Assembly (NCBI GenBank): GCA_049973735.1
Contig: JBMFJL010000020.1
Span: 1-9,319, forward strand
DNA: 9,319 bases
Direction: 5' to 3'
Source of the DNA: Nanopusillaceae archaeon
GTDB lineage: Archaea; Nanobdellota; Nanobdellia; Nanobdellales; Nanobdellaceae
The translations under genes were made by a program, and so were the position numbers. The notes beneath the pieces were generated by a model. That model worked only from the letters and a program-made list of their open reading frames with translations. It did no database searches and was not told the DNA's origin. Shown here piece by piece: positions 1-7,126 of this stretch. Numbering within the stretch: the first letter of the stretch is position 1; every line of letters starts with the position of its first letter.

Positions 1-71
1 ATAAGGACTCTACAGGAGGTGGAGGATCTGGTGGATATGGAATACTGCCCATGCCAAGGATGCTGAAATGA
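1..71 (+). CDS. 3' end of an upstream CDS (partial, product unknown, Gly-rich C-terminal tail)
   Basis: Frame 3 is open from the window edge (...KDSTGGGGSGGYGILPMPRMLK) to TGA 69-71. That stop overlaps the next gene's ATG (68-70) in an ATGA junction. Frame 1 is also open to TGA 64-66 (...EYCPCQGC), so the frame assignment is uncertain. Confidence 0.3.
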   Translation, partial: KDSTGGGGSGGYGILPMPRMLK

Positions 72-1642
72 ACCTAGATGTTTTTTTAGATTTTAGATGG
101 AAAGGAGGGGTATTAATTTATGGTGAGGGTTTTTATAACTCTATAATATATTTAGAAGACTTAATCAAAAAAAGAACCGGTAAAGACGCAAATATAAATG
201 TTTATATATTATCCATAGAAGACGACGGATATAAATATTATAAATTAGATCATAATAAACTTAAAGATGAACATAATAAAAATATAATAAATTTTGTTAG
301 AATATTGCATAGCGGAGAATATAGAAAATATGGTAGAGAAATATCTCTAGATGAAATAATTGAAAATTCTAAATATAACATAAAATTATTTAGTAATTAT
401 AGTATTGGTGTATTCAACGGACCATTGATAGATAATATAGAAAACCTTATAGATGATAGGACAATTGGGACATTTCATGGAGATCCTATAAGAGCAATAA
501 TAGTAAACTTATATAAATTTACTCTAGAAGGCAAATTATCCTTAGCTCCGGAAGAATTTTTAGAGTTGGAAAAACTTTATAAAGAGGTATTAAAACATAA
601 TTATACTAGTGTAGAATTGGTAAAAAGTACTCTAAGGTTTATAGATAAATTATATAATACTAATAAAGAATTTGTAGAAAAATTCTGGTGGATAATAGAT
701 GAAATAAACCATTATAAAAAGATAATTGAAACGATAGAAAAAAATAAATCAAAAATTCTATTTCCAACATTATCATTGTATCATGCTTATAATTCGATGT
801 CAGAAGCAATGTTAGGAAAAAATATAGCACATATATCATTTATAACAATGGAACCACACCACTTTATATCAATATTAAAGAAGAATAATAGAGAAATAGA
901 AGAAATTTCGAACGAATATATGAAAATATATGGAGAAAATAGCGAATATAACCTAAATGGCAAAATAAAGTACTGGATAATCTTCAATGGAAGAACAGGA
1001 CCAGATAAAGGAATGGACTCATTATTAAATATTGTTGATAGATTATTGTCCGAGGGCAAAGAAGTAGGATTAATAATAATATCACCAGACATAAAAGAAG
1101 AGTCAAAAGAATATAAAAAATTGGAAGAAATAGTGAAAAAACATAAGGGAAAAACTGTAGTACATATATATGGAGATTCTATAGGAAATTCTTTGCATGA
1201 AATTCCTATATTTTATATATCATTATTAAAAGCTCTAGGAAAACTAAAGAGAGCAATATTTGTGAATCCGGCAAATATAGAGTCTTTTGGTCTCTCTACT
1301 ATAGAAGCAATATCTATTGGGGAGCTACCAGTAGTCTATAGAGATATAGAAGGATTAAGTAACTTAAAAGAAGAAGGTTACCTAAAAAGAGAATTGGGTG
1401 GAAAAACAGATGAAGAATTATATACAATAATAAAGAATCTATTAGAAAGTATTGAAAATGGTAGGTATGACGAATTCGTAGATAAAGAAGTGGTAGAGAG
1501 ATTAAGAAAAGAAATGGATCCTGAAGATTTTGCAAGAAGATTATATAGATTGATTGAAATGATCGTACAAGAAAAGGAAAAAGAAGATAGTGAAGAAAAA
1601 TTAGAGAAGAGTGAAGTACAAACCCAGGTGATTGCTGGTTAG
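68..1642 (+). CDS. GT-B fold glycosyltransferase (GT4-like C-terminal domain) with a long, poorly recognisable N-terminal region
   Basis: 524-aa ORF from ATG 68 to TAG 1640-1642. The C-terminal ~220 aa shows the retaining GT-B pattern: WIIFNGRTGPDKGMD at the start of the donor domain, the E-x7-E motif ESFGLSTIEA, then IGELPVV. The N-terminal GGVLIYGEGFYNS resembles the GT-B N-domain glycine loop. Sugar and acceptor cannot be inferred. Confidence 0.6.
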   Translation: MNLDVFLDFRWKGGVLIYGEGFYNSIIYLEDLIKKRTGKDANINVYILSIEDDGYKYYKLDHNKLKDEHNKNIINFVRILHSGEYRKYGREISLDEIIENSKYNIKLFSNYSIGVFNGPLIDNIENLIDDRTIGTFHGDPIRAIIVNLYKFTLEGKLSLAPEEFLELEKLYKEVLKHNYTSVELVKSTLRFIDKLYNTNKEFVEKFWWIIDEINHYKKIIETIEKNKSKILFPTLSLYHAYNSMSEAMLGKNIAHISFITMEPHHFISILKKNNREIEEISNEYMKIYGENSEYNLNGKIKYWIIFNGRTGPDKGMDSLLNIVDRLLSEGKEVGLIIISPDIKEESKEYKKLEEIVKKHKGKTVVHIYGDSIGNSLHEIPIFYISLLKALGKLKRAIFVNPANIESFGLSTIEAISIGELPVVYRDIEGLSNLKEEGYLKRELGGKTDEELYTIIKNLLESIENGRYDEFVDKEVVERLRKEMDPEDFARRLYRLIEMIVQEKEKEDSEEKLEKSEVQTQVIAG

Positions 1643-1655
1643 ATAAGTGTTACAA

Positions 1656-1661
1656 TTTTTT
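1656..1661 (+). terminator. Oligo-T tract (T6), candidate archaeal terminator for the glycosyltransferase gene
   Basis: TTTTTT lies 14 nt after the TAG stop. Archaeal RNA polymerase terminates at oligo-T tracts. The AT-rich background lowers specificity. Confidence 0.3.
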
Positions 1662-1677
1662 AGTGATTTATAAAGCC

Positions 1678-1687
1678 CTTATAAATA
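1678..1687 (+). promoter_or_regulatory. TATA-like box (CTTATAAATA) upstream of ppsA
   Basis: Centred about 25 nt upstream of ATG 1708, the spacing expected for an archaeal TATA box driving a leaderless or near-leaderless mRNA. It is preceded by a relatively GC-containing AAAGCCC that could serve as a BRE. Confidence 0.35.
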
Positions 1688-1707
1688 TCAAAAATTTTTA
1701 TTCATAT

Positions 1708-3993
1708 ATGGCCTATATTAAATGGTTTAATGAAATATCTAAAGATGATGTAAACATTGCGGGTGGAAAAGGTGCAAACTTGGGAGAAATGAGTAAACTA
1801 AATATTCCAGTACCACCTGGTTTTGTAGTAACAGTAGAAGGATACTGGAAATTTCTTGAACATAACAAAATAAAAGAAAAAATATTGGAGATATTAAATA
1901 AAATAGATATAACGAATGTAGCACAACTTAGAAAAGCTTCTAATGAAATACAAGAACTATTTTTAAAAGGAGAAATACCAGAAGACTTAAAAAGAGAAAT
2001 TATAGAAAATTATAAGTCTTTATCTAGGATGTTTGGAGAAGAGAATACTTATGTAGCTGTAAGATCTTCAGCAACTGCTGAAGATTTGCCTAATGCATCT
2101 TTTGCAGGAGAACAGGCTACATTTTTAAATGTTAAAGGTGAAGATAAGTTACTTGAAGCTGTAAAAAAATGTTGGGCTTCTTTGTGGACAGCCAGAGCTA
2201 TAAATTATAGACATCATTTCGGGATAAATCAAAGTACAGTAGCCTTAGCAGTTGTAATACAAAAACAAATATTTTCTAAAAAATCTGGTGTTATGTTTAC
2301 ATGTGAACCTGTAACTAATGATTGTTCAAAAATCATTATAGAAGCCTCTTGGGGATTGGGTGAAGCAATAGTATCAGGCGCAGTAACCCCAGATGAATAT
2401 ATAGTAAATAAAAATACTATGGAGATAGAAAAAATAAAGATAAATGATAAAAAAGTAATGAGTGTATTTGATCCAGATTCCTATACAAAAGAAATAGAAG
2501 TACCACCTGATTTAAGAAATGCTAGATGTTTAAATGATGAAGAAATAAGAAAATTAGCTAATTATGGAATAATATTAGAAAAACACTATGGAATTCCTCA
2601 AGATATAGAATTTGCTATAGATGATACTGGAATATATATTGTCCAGACAAGAGCAGTTACAACAATAAAAAGAAAGAAAGAAGAAAAAGAAATAAAGGTT
2701 GATGAGGCTAAAATACTATTGAGAGGTATTGCAGCTTCTCCAGGAATTGGTATTGGAAGAGTTAAAATAATTTTATCTCCAGAAGAATTCAATAAATTCC
2801 AAGAAGGAGATGTACTAGTAACAAGAATGACTAATCCAGATTTTGAACCAATAATGGCTAAGGCATCAGCAATAGTCACTGATGAGGGTGGTCATCTATC
2901 TCATGCTGCTATTGTTTCTAGAGAACTAGGTAAACCATGTGTTGTTGGAACTGGAAAGGCAACCGAAATATTAAAGGAGGGAATGATAGTTACGGTAGAT
3001 GGAACACATGGTATAGTATATGAAGGAAAGATTAATCTAGGAGAATTGACTAAAAAAGAAGTAGCTAAGAAAATAATTAAAGCTACTCCACTGGAAATTT
3101 CTGCTACTAAAATCATGGCTATAGCAGATTATCCAGAAACAGCAAGTAAGGTAAAAGATATAGTTGATGGAATCGGTCTATTAAGATTAGAATTCTTAGT
3201 ATTAAGGAATAGAAAACACCCAAGATGGTATATAGAGAATGGTAAATCTGACGAGTTTGTTAATTTATTAGTAGAAAGGCTTGAAGAAATATTAAGAATA
3301 ATGTATCCAAAACCGGTTATTGTTAGAACTTTAGATATGAGAACTGATGAATATAGAAATCTAGAAGGGGGTGATAAAGAACCACATGAGTCAAATCCAA
3401 TGATGGGCTGGCATGGAATAAGGAGAGATTTGGATCAGGAAGAATTATTTAGAGCCCAAATAAGAGCATTCAAGATATTAATAAAAGAAAGAAGATTAAA
3501 TAATTTGTGGATAATGTTCCCATTTGTCATATCATGGGAAGAGGTATATAAGGCTAAGAAAATAATGGAATCAGAAGGTTTAATTCCTCATAAAGATGTA
3601 AAGGTTGGAATTATGGTAGAAACACCAGCAGCGGCATTGACAATAGAAGATATAATTAAAAAAGCAGGAATAGATTTTGTATCATTTGGAACTAATGATT
3701 TAACTCAATTAACTCTTGGAGTAGATAGAAATAATGAACTAGTTCAAAAATTGATGGATGAAAAGCATCCAGCAGTAGTAAAATTAATATCTAGAGTAAT
3801 AAAAATATGTAAAAAGCATGGAGTTTATACTTCTATCTGTGGACAAGCAGGATCAAATCCTGAATACGCAGAATTATTGGTAAAACTTGGAATAGATTCT
3901 ATATCTGTAAATGTAGATGCAGTGGAGTCAGTAAGAGAATCTGTAATAAGGGCTGAAAAAAGAATTTTATTAGAAAAAATGAGAAAAATATAA
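1708..3993 (+). CDS. ppsA: Phosphoenolpyruvate synthase (pyruvate, water dikinase)
   Basis: N-terminal ATP-grasp blocks AGGKGANLGEM and VAVRSSATAEDLP. Central swivel phosphohistidine block TDEGGHLSHAAIVSRELGKPCVVG. C-terminal PEP-utilising TIM-barrel blocks GIGLLRLEF, MVETPAA, FGTNDLTQ and SICGQAGS. Start moved from the ORF-track GTG 1663 to ATG 1708: homologs begin just before the GGKGANLGEM block, and the T6 tract and TATA-like box lie between 1656 and 1687. Confidence 0.9.
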   Translation: MAYIKWFNEISKDDVNIAGGKGANLGEMSKLNIPVPPGFVVTVEGYWKFLEHNKIKEKILEILNKIDITNVAQLRKASNEIQELFLKGEIPEDLKREIIENYKSLSRMFGEENTYVAVRSSATAEDLPNASFAGEQATFLNVKGEDKLLEAVKKCWASLWTARAINYRHHFGINQSTVALAVVIQKQIFSKKSGVMFTCEPVTNDCSKIIIEASWGLGEAIVSGAVTPDEYIVNKNTMEIEKIKINDKKVMSVFDPDSYTKEIEVPPDLRNARCLNDEEIRKLANYGIILEKHYGIPQDIEFAIDDTGIYIVQTRAVTTIKRKKEEKEIKVDEAKILLRGIAASPGIGIGRVKIILSPEEFNKFQEGDVLVTRMTNPDFEPIMAKASAIVTDEGGHLSHAAIVSRELGKPCVVGTGKATEILKEGMIVTVDGTHGIVYEGKINLGELTKKEVAKKIIKATPLEISATKIMAIADYPETASKVKDIVDGIGLLRLEFLVLRNRKHPRWYIENGKSDEFVNLLVERLEEILRIMYPKPVIVRTLDMRTDEYRNLEGGDKEPHESNPMMGWHGIRRDLDQEELFRAQIRAFKILIKERRLNNLWIMFPFVISWEEVYKAKKIMESEGLIPHKDVKVGIMVETPAAALTIEDIIKKAGIDFVSFGTNDLTQLTLGVDRNNELVQKLMDEKHPAVVKLISRVIKICKKHGVYTSICGQAGSNPEYAELLVKLGIDSISVNVDAVESVRESVIRAEKRILLEKMRKI

Positions 3994-3997
3994 TTAT

Positions 3998-4792
3998 ATG
4001 GAGATCAATAAAAATTTAGCTTATCTACCATTTTTAGCATTATTTTCTATTCTTATTTTAATTTTTCCACTAGGTTTAAATCTATATGTTAAAATAGGAT
4101 TAATTACATTGATATTTCTTACGTATTTTGCAAAATATCTTAAAGACTATATTGAAGAGGAGGAGATGGTATACAATTTTCCATTATTTCTCAGAGATTT
4201 ATCCAACTATTTAAAAATAGGACAGACTTTACCAGTTTCTGTAGAAAATCTATTAAGTAATAATTATGGTACTAGATTAAATAAGGAAATAAAATATCTA
4301 GTTACACAGATGAGATATGGCAGAACTTTTAATGAAGCATTGGAGGAGATGGCCAATAGAATAAAAAAGAGGGAGATATCAGAAGTAATATTAAATATAA
4401 ATAATGTGATGAAAAGTGGAGGTGATTTAGCTAGTTTATTAGAAACATTATCAGATAGTTTGGGAAATATTAATATGATAAAAAAGGAAAGGTTGTCTCA
4501 ATTAAAATTAGTTGCATATACATATTATGGTCTATATTTTGGAGTAGTCTTTTCAATATTTATAATATATTTACTGATTATAAATATTAAAATGACTAGT
4601 TTTGGATATACACAAGAGCAAAGCCAAAGTATAATTTCATTATATAAATGGATGGCATTTATCTTATTACTTGTAAATGCCGTATTTACTGGTTTAGTAA
4701 TTGGAAAAGTTGCCAATGGAAAGATAGTGTCTGGTATAGTTCATAGTATAATTTTAACTATAATTGCTATAGGATTCTTCCTGTTACTATAA
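3998..4792 (+). CDS. Single-domain T2SS-F family membrane protein (FlaJ/TadC/PilC-like platform protein of an archaeal type IV filament system)
   Basis: 264 aa. Two N-terminal TM helices are followed by a cytoplasmic helical block typical of the T2SSF domain (FLRDLSNYLKIGQTLPVSVENL...GRTFNEALEEMANRI...VMKSGGDLASLLETLSDSL), then three C-terminal TM helices. The ATG lies 4 nt after the ppsA stop. Confidence 0.6.
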   Translation: MEINKNLAYLPFLALFSILILIFPLGLNLYVKIGLITLIFLTYFAKYLKDYIEEEEMVYNFPLFLRDLSNYLKIGQTLPVSVENLLSNNYGTRLNKEIKYLVTQMRYGRTFNEALEEMANRIKKREISEVILNINNVMKSGGDLASLLETLSDSLGNINMIKKERLSQLKLVAYTYYGLYFGVVFSIFIIYLLIINIKMTSFGYTQEQSQSIISLYKWMAFILLLVNAVFTGLVIGKVANGKIVSGIVHSIILTIIAIGFFLLL

Positions 4793-4793
4793 A

Positions 4794-4815
4794 TTTTTAA
4801 AAGATTTGTCTTTTT
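4794..4815 (+). terminator. Two T5 tracts (4794-4798 and 4811-4815), candidate terminator after the FlaJ-like gene
   Basis: The oligo-T runs begin immediately after the TAA at 4790-4792. Specificity is low in AT-rich DNA. Confidence 0.25.
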
Positions 4816-4826
4816 AAAAAATATTA

Positions 4827-4952
4827 ATGGTATTCAAAAATTATAATGTTAAAATAAGGAAAATTGTAAAGAGTAGGAAGAAAAAACTACCTCCATATTG
4901 GGCAGTTCTGAAAAAATTCGGTAGAATAGTATATAGAGGAAGGGCAAAATAA
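4827..4952 (+). CDS. rpl39e: 41-aa highly basic protein, probable C-terminally short ribosomal protein eL39 (not in the supplied ORF track)
   Basis: ATG 4827 to TAA 4950-4952 translates to MVFKNYNVKIRKIVKSRKKKLPPYWAVLKKFGRIVYRGRAK. The core KKKLPPYWAVLKKFGRIVY parallels the conserved eL39 core (archaeal NRRVPxFVxVKTxGRV, human NRPIPQWIRMKTGNKIRY). It lacks the usual C-terminal HWRRxKL tail. Confidence 0.5.
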   Translation: MVFKNYNVKIRKIVKSRKKKLPPYWAVLKKFGRIVYRGRAK

Positions 4953-5999
4953 TTATACATTTGGCTCTACAGACCTTATTATAGGATCTATATCCATTCC
5001 TTTTCTTCTATTTTTTATTACAACTATCCTAGAATCCTCGTCTTCATCAAATATCTCATATCCTTCTAATTTTTTAGCTAAACCTTCTGAAAACCTTCTC
5101 ACATCATCCATTTCCGGTACATTTTCAGCTTTTAATTTTTCTCTAGAATATCCTAAGTAAGAATATGATTTTACTTCTATAAAGTGTGGGTTGTATATTT
5201 CTATCAATTTAACCCAATCATCATAATATTTTGGATCATCATTTATATTTTTAATTAGTGTAATTCTAGCTACCCTCCTTGTTTTCATTGTAGAAGCAAT
5301 TTTAAGGGATTTTATATATCTTTCCCAATAGTCTTTGTATAATGGTACCGAAATTTTCTTATACATTTCAGGATTTGGACCTGTAAATGAAATATATAGC
5401 TGTGTTGGATACGCATTTAGTTTTATCATTTTTTCTAAAGCTTCAGGGACTTGTCCAGATGTAACTACGAATATAGATTTTACCCAAGGCCAATTTTTCT
5501 TAATATATAAAATACTTTCTGGAACAAATGGATATAATAGTGGTTCTCCAGACAGGGAAAAGGTTACGTGTGTCGGTTTATCGATAAATTTATCTAATAA
5601 TATTTTATTTGCCTTTGGATTTCCATAGTATCCTATTAATAATTTTTTTCTAAGTTCTCTTAATTTTTCCAGTGTCTCTTCTGGAGGATCTACACTATCT
5701 TCAGGTAGTATATCATAATAAGGCTCAAATTTTTTGTTAGGTCTCCAACAAAATATACATCTGTTTGTACACCAAACAACAGATTGTGTCATTTGCAAAC
5801 AACCAGCAGTATCTATCCCATAAAACTTTCTTTTATAGCATATTCTTCCATTAACTATGGCTTCTTTTGTCCAATAGCATATTTCTACTGCAGAATGATT
5901 ATACAAACCATATCCAGCTTTAATTAATTGTTCTTTTGTTTTTTCATTTTGAATATCCCACTTTACTTTAATTTTTTCTTTTTCTATTTGATCACCCAT
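4953..5999 (-). CDS. taw1: tRNA 4-demethylwyosine synthase (radical SAM, TYW1/Taw1 family)
   Basis: 348 aa. Radical-SAM CxxxCxxC motif in WCTNRCIFCWRP, preceded by three further conserved-looking Cys (EIC, RIC, AGC), matching the two-cluster TYW1/Taw1 architecture. Downstream blocks FSLSGEPLLYP and VTSG are typical of the family. Confidence 0.85.
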   Translation of the reverse strand: MGDQIEKEKIKVKWDIQNEKTKEQLIKAGYGLYNHSAVEICYWTKEAIVNGRICYKRKFYGIDTAGCLQMTQSVVWCTNRCIFCWRPNKKFEPYYDILPEDSVDPPEETLEKLRELRKKLLIGYYGNPKANKILLDKFIDKPTHVTFSLSGEPLLYPFVPESILYIKKNWPWVKSIFVVTSGQVPEALEKMIKLNAYPTQLYISFTGPNPEMYKKISVPLYKDYWERYIKSLKIASTMKTRRVARITLIKNINDDPKYYDDWVKLIEIYNPHFIEVKSYSYLGYSREKLKAENVPEMDDVRRFSEGLAKKLEGYEIFDEDEDSRIVVIKNRRKGMDIDPIIRSVEPNV

Positions 6000-6020
6000 C
6001 TAATATAAATATGTTATAAC

Positions 6021-6032
6021 CCATATATAAAA
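6021..6032 (-). promoter_or_regulatory. TATA-like box (minus strand TTTTATATATGG) upstream of taw1
   Basis: Centred about 27 nt upstream of the taw1 ATG (5999-5997 on the minus strand), consistent with a leaderless transcript. Confidence 0.3.
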
Positions 6033-6081
6033 TCTGCATACTCAGCAATCATCACCTATCAGACGAGAAGGCCTTCTTCAT
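6033..6081 (-). ncRNA. Candidate C/D-box sRNA (2'-O-methylation guide)
   Basis: The minus strand reads AUGAAGA(6081-6075)-12 nt-CUGA(6062-6059)-UAG-GUGAUGA(6055-6049)-12 nt-CAGA(6036-6033). This is the canonical archaeal C-12-D'-3-C'-12-D geometry. The internal boxes are canonical; the terminal boxes each differ by one base. The patch is noticeably more GC-rich than the surrounding spacer. Confidence 0.3.
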
Positions 6082-6203
6082 TATTGTAGATAATTGGCAA
6101 TTATGAATAAAAATAATTTATATTTATCATTAAGAGCATATTTTAATAGTTCACTCATGAACTTCTTAGATTTATGATTTTTTATTCGAAATAACAATTA
6201 TAT

Positions 6204-6276
6204 AGCCCCGTCGTCTAGTGGTCTAGGATGCAGGGTTCTGGTCCCTGTGACCGGGGTTCGAATCCCCGCGGGGCTA
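6204..6276 (+). tRNA. tRNA-Gln (anticodon CUG), no encoded CCA, no intron
   Basis: Manual fold. Acceptor AGCCCCG/CGGGGCT (7 bp, A1-U72 as in archaeal tRNA-Gln). D arm GTCT-AGTGGTCTA-GGAT. Anticodon stem CAGGG/CCCTG with loop TTCTGGT, anticodon CTG at 6238-6240. 4-nt variable loop. T arm CGGGG-TTCGAAT-CCCCG. Discriminator A at 6276. Confidence 0.9.
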
Positions 6277-6310
6277 GTTTTAAATAATTTTCATTAAAAA
6301 GAAAGAAAAA

Positions 6311-7126
6311 ATGTCGGCAAAATGTTTAGAAGATATACTGTCGCAAGTACAATCATTTTCAAATTTTTCTGTAACCCAAAGTATGAAAGAAAAGCTATCA
6401 CAATGTTATAAAGAAATAAGATCAAACGAGATACCTGGTAAATTTATAAGCTACATAGAAAAAACAAGATTACCGTATTATACGTTAGAATCATATTTAA
6501 ATAAAATTGAAAAGGCTAGAAATAATATAGATTTTAGAATAATTGGGAGCTTGAATTTAATTTATTATTTATACCGAGATGAAGAGAAATATAATGCTTC
6601 TACAAGTAATGTTATAGATATAGTATGTAAAGAAAAATATTGTGTAGATGAAATGAGAAATATATTTAAACAGGAAGGATTTGTAGAAATAGAAGAAAAT
6701 GTATTTCAAGTATGTTTCGGTAAAGATAATAAAAAAATTTGTTTTCCAAATCAGATCGGATATTATGTCTATCTAAGCAATGGTAATACATATGTAACTA
6801 TATCTGCAGAGGGAAGTATAACTTTGCAACTATCTAAATTTGTTGAAACTCACTATATAGATAATTCAACTTTATTTACATTACTGTATAAATTCTTTAG
6901 ATTTAAACCGACAGATATTGGAGATTTAATCTCTTTAAACAATAACAAAGATGATGACAAATGGGCAAAAATGCCAAAGAAATTTGATTATGTAGATAAG
7001 AAAAAAGTATTAGAAATATTTGGAAAAAAAGGGATTGAAAAAACATTAAAAAATTATGAATATTTTATGGCAAAACATCCAAATTCCATATATGGAGAGT
7101 TAAATATAGTAGAAATATTAAGTTAA
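6311..7126 (+). CDS. Hypothetical protein, no family recognised
   Basis: 271-aa ORF with coding-like composition, no TM segments and a Lys-rich C-terminal third. The only weak motif is FRIIGSLNLIYYLY...TSNVIDIV, reminiscent of the G[GS]...DxD strand pair of Pol-beta-type nucleotidyltransferases (AbiEii-like), but the second acidic residue is absent. A TATA-like TTTTAAATAA (6278-6287) lies about 29 nt upstream. Confidence 0.55.
   Translation: MSAKCLEDILSQVQSFSNFSVTQSMKEKLSQCYKEIRSNEIPGKFISYIEKTRLPYYTLESYLNKIEKARNNIDFRIIGSLNLIYYLYRDEEKYNASTSNVIDIVCKEKYCVDEMRNIFKQEGFVEIEENVFQVCFGKDNKKICFPNQIGYYVYLSNGNTYVTISAEGSITLQLSKFVETHYIDNSTLFTLLYKFFRFKPTDIGDLISLNNNKDDDKWAKMPKKFDYVDKKKVLEIFGKKGIEKTLKNYEYFMAKHPNSIYGELNIVEILS

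Noticed and set aside
1-66. Frame 1 reading of the window start (...LQEVEDLVDMEYCPCQGC stop at 64-66) as the real upstream gene tail.
   Set aside because: It cannot be excluded. I preferred frame 3 because its TGA forms an ATGA overlap with the next start codon. Both readings are noted, and the feature carries low confidence.
787-1092. Antisense ORFs from the track: 787-1092, 1314-1535, 1739-1924, 2598-2879, 2901-3116, 4525-4716 (all minus strand) and 5335-5628 (plus strand).
   Set aside because: Each lies wholly inside, and antisense to, a well-supported gene (glycosyltransferase, ppsA, FlaJ-like, taw1). Their translations are low-complexity Ile/Leu/Phe/Ser-rich strings typical of shadow frames in AT-rich coding DNA, with no motifs.
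1663-1707. GTG 1663 as the ppsA start (extra 15 aa, MIYKALINIKNFYSY).
   Set aside because: It directly follows a T6 terminator-like tract, and the extension would cover the TATA-like box. Homologs start just before the W-x-x-E...GGKGANLGEM block, which fits ATG 1708.
6042-6055. GUGAUGA-uug-CUGA (minus strand) as a complete minimal C/D pair.
   Set aside because: A 3-nt spacer cannot hold a guide. The CUGA at 6045-6042 is more simply part of the second 12-nt guide in the longer C-12-D'-3-C'-12-D reading, which itself remains only a candidate.
6103-6177. 24-aa ORF (MNKNNLYLSLRAYFNSSLMNFLDL) in the taw1 / tRNA-Gln spacer.
   Set aside because: It is short and low-complexity, has no recognisable motif or promoter spacing, and is expected by chance in A/T-rich spacer.
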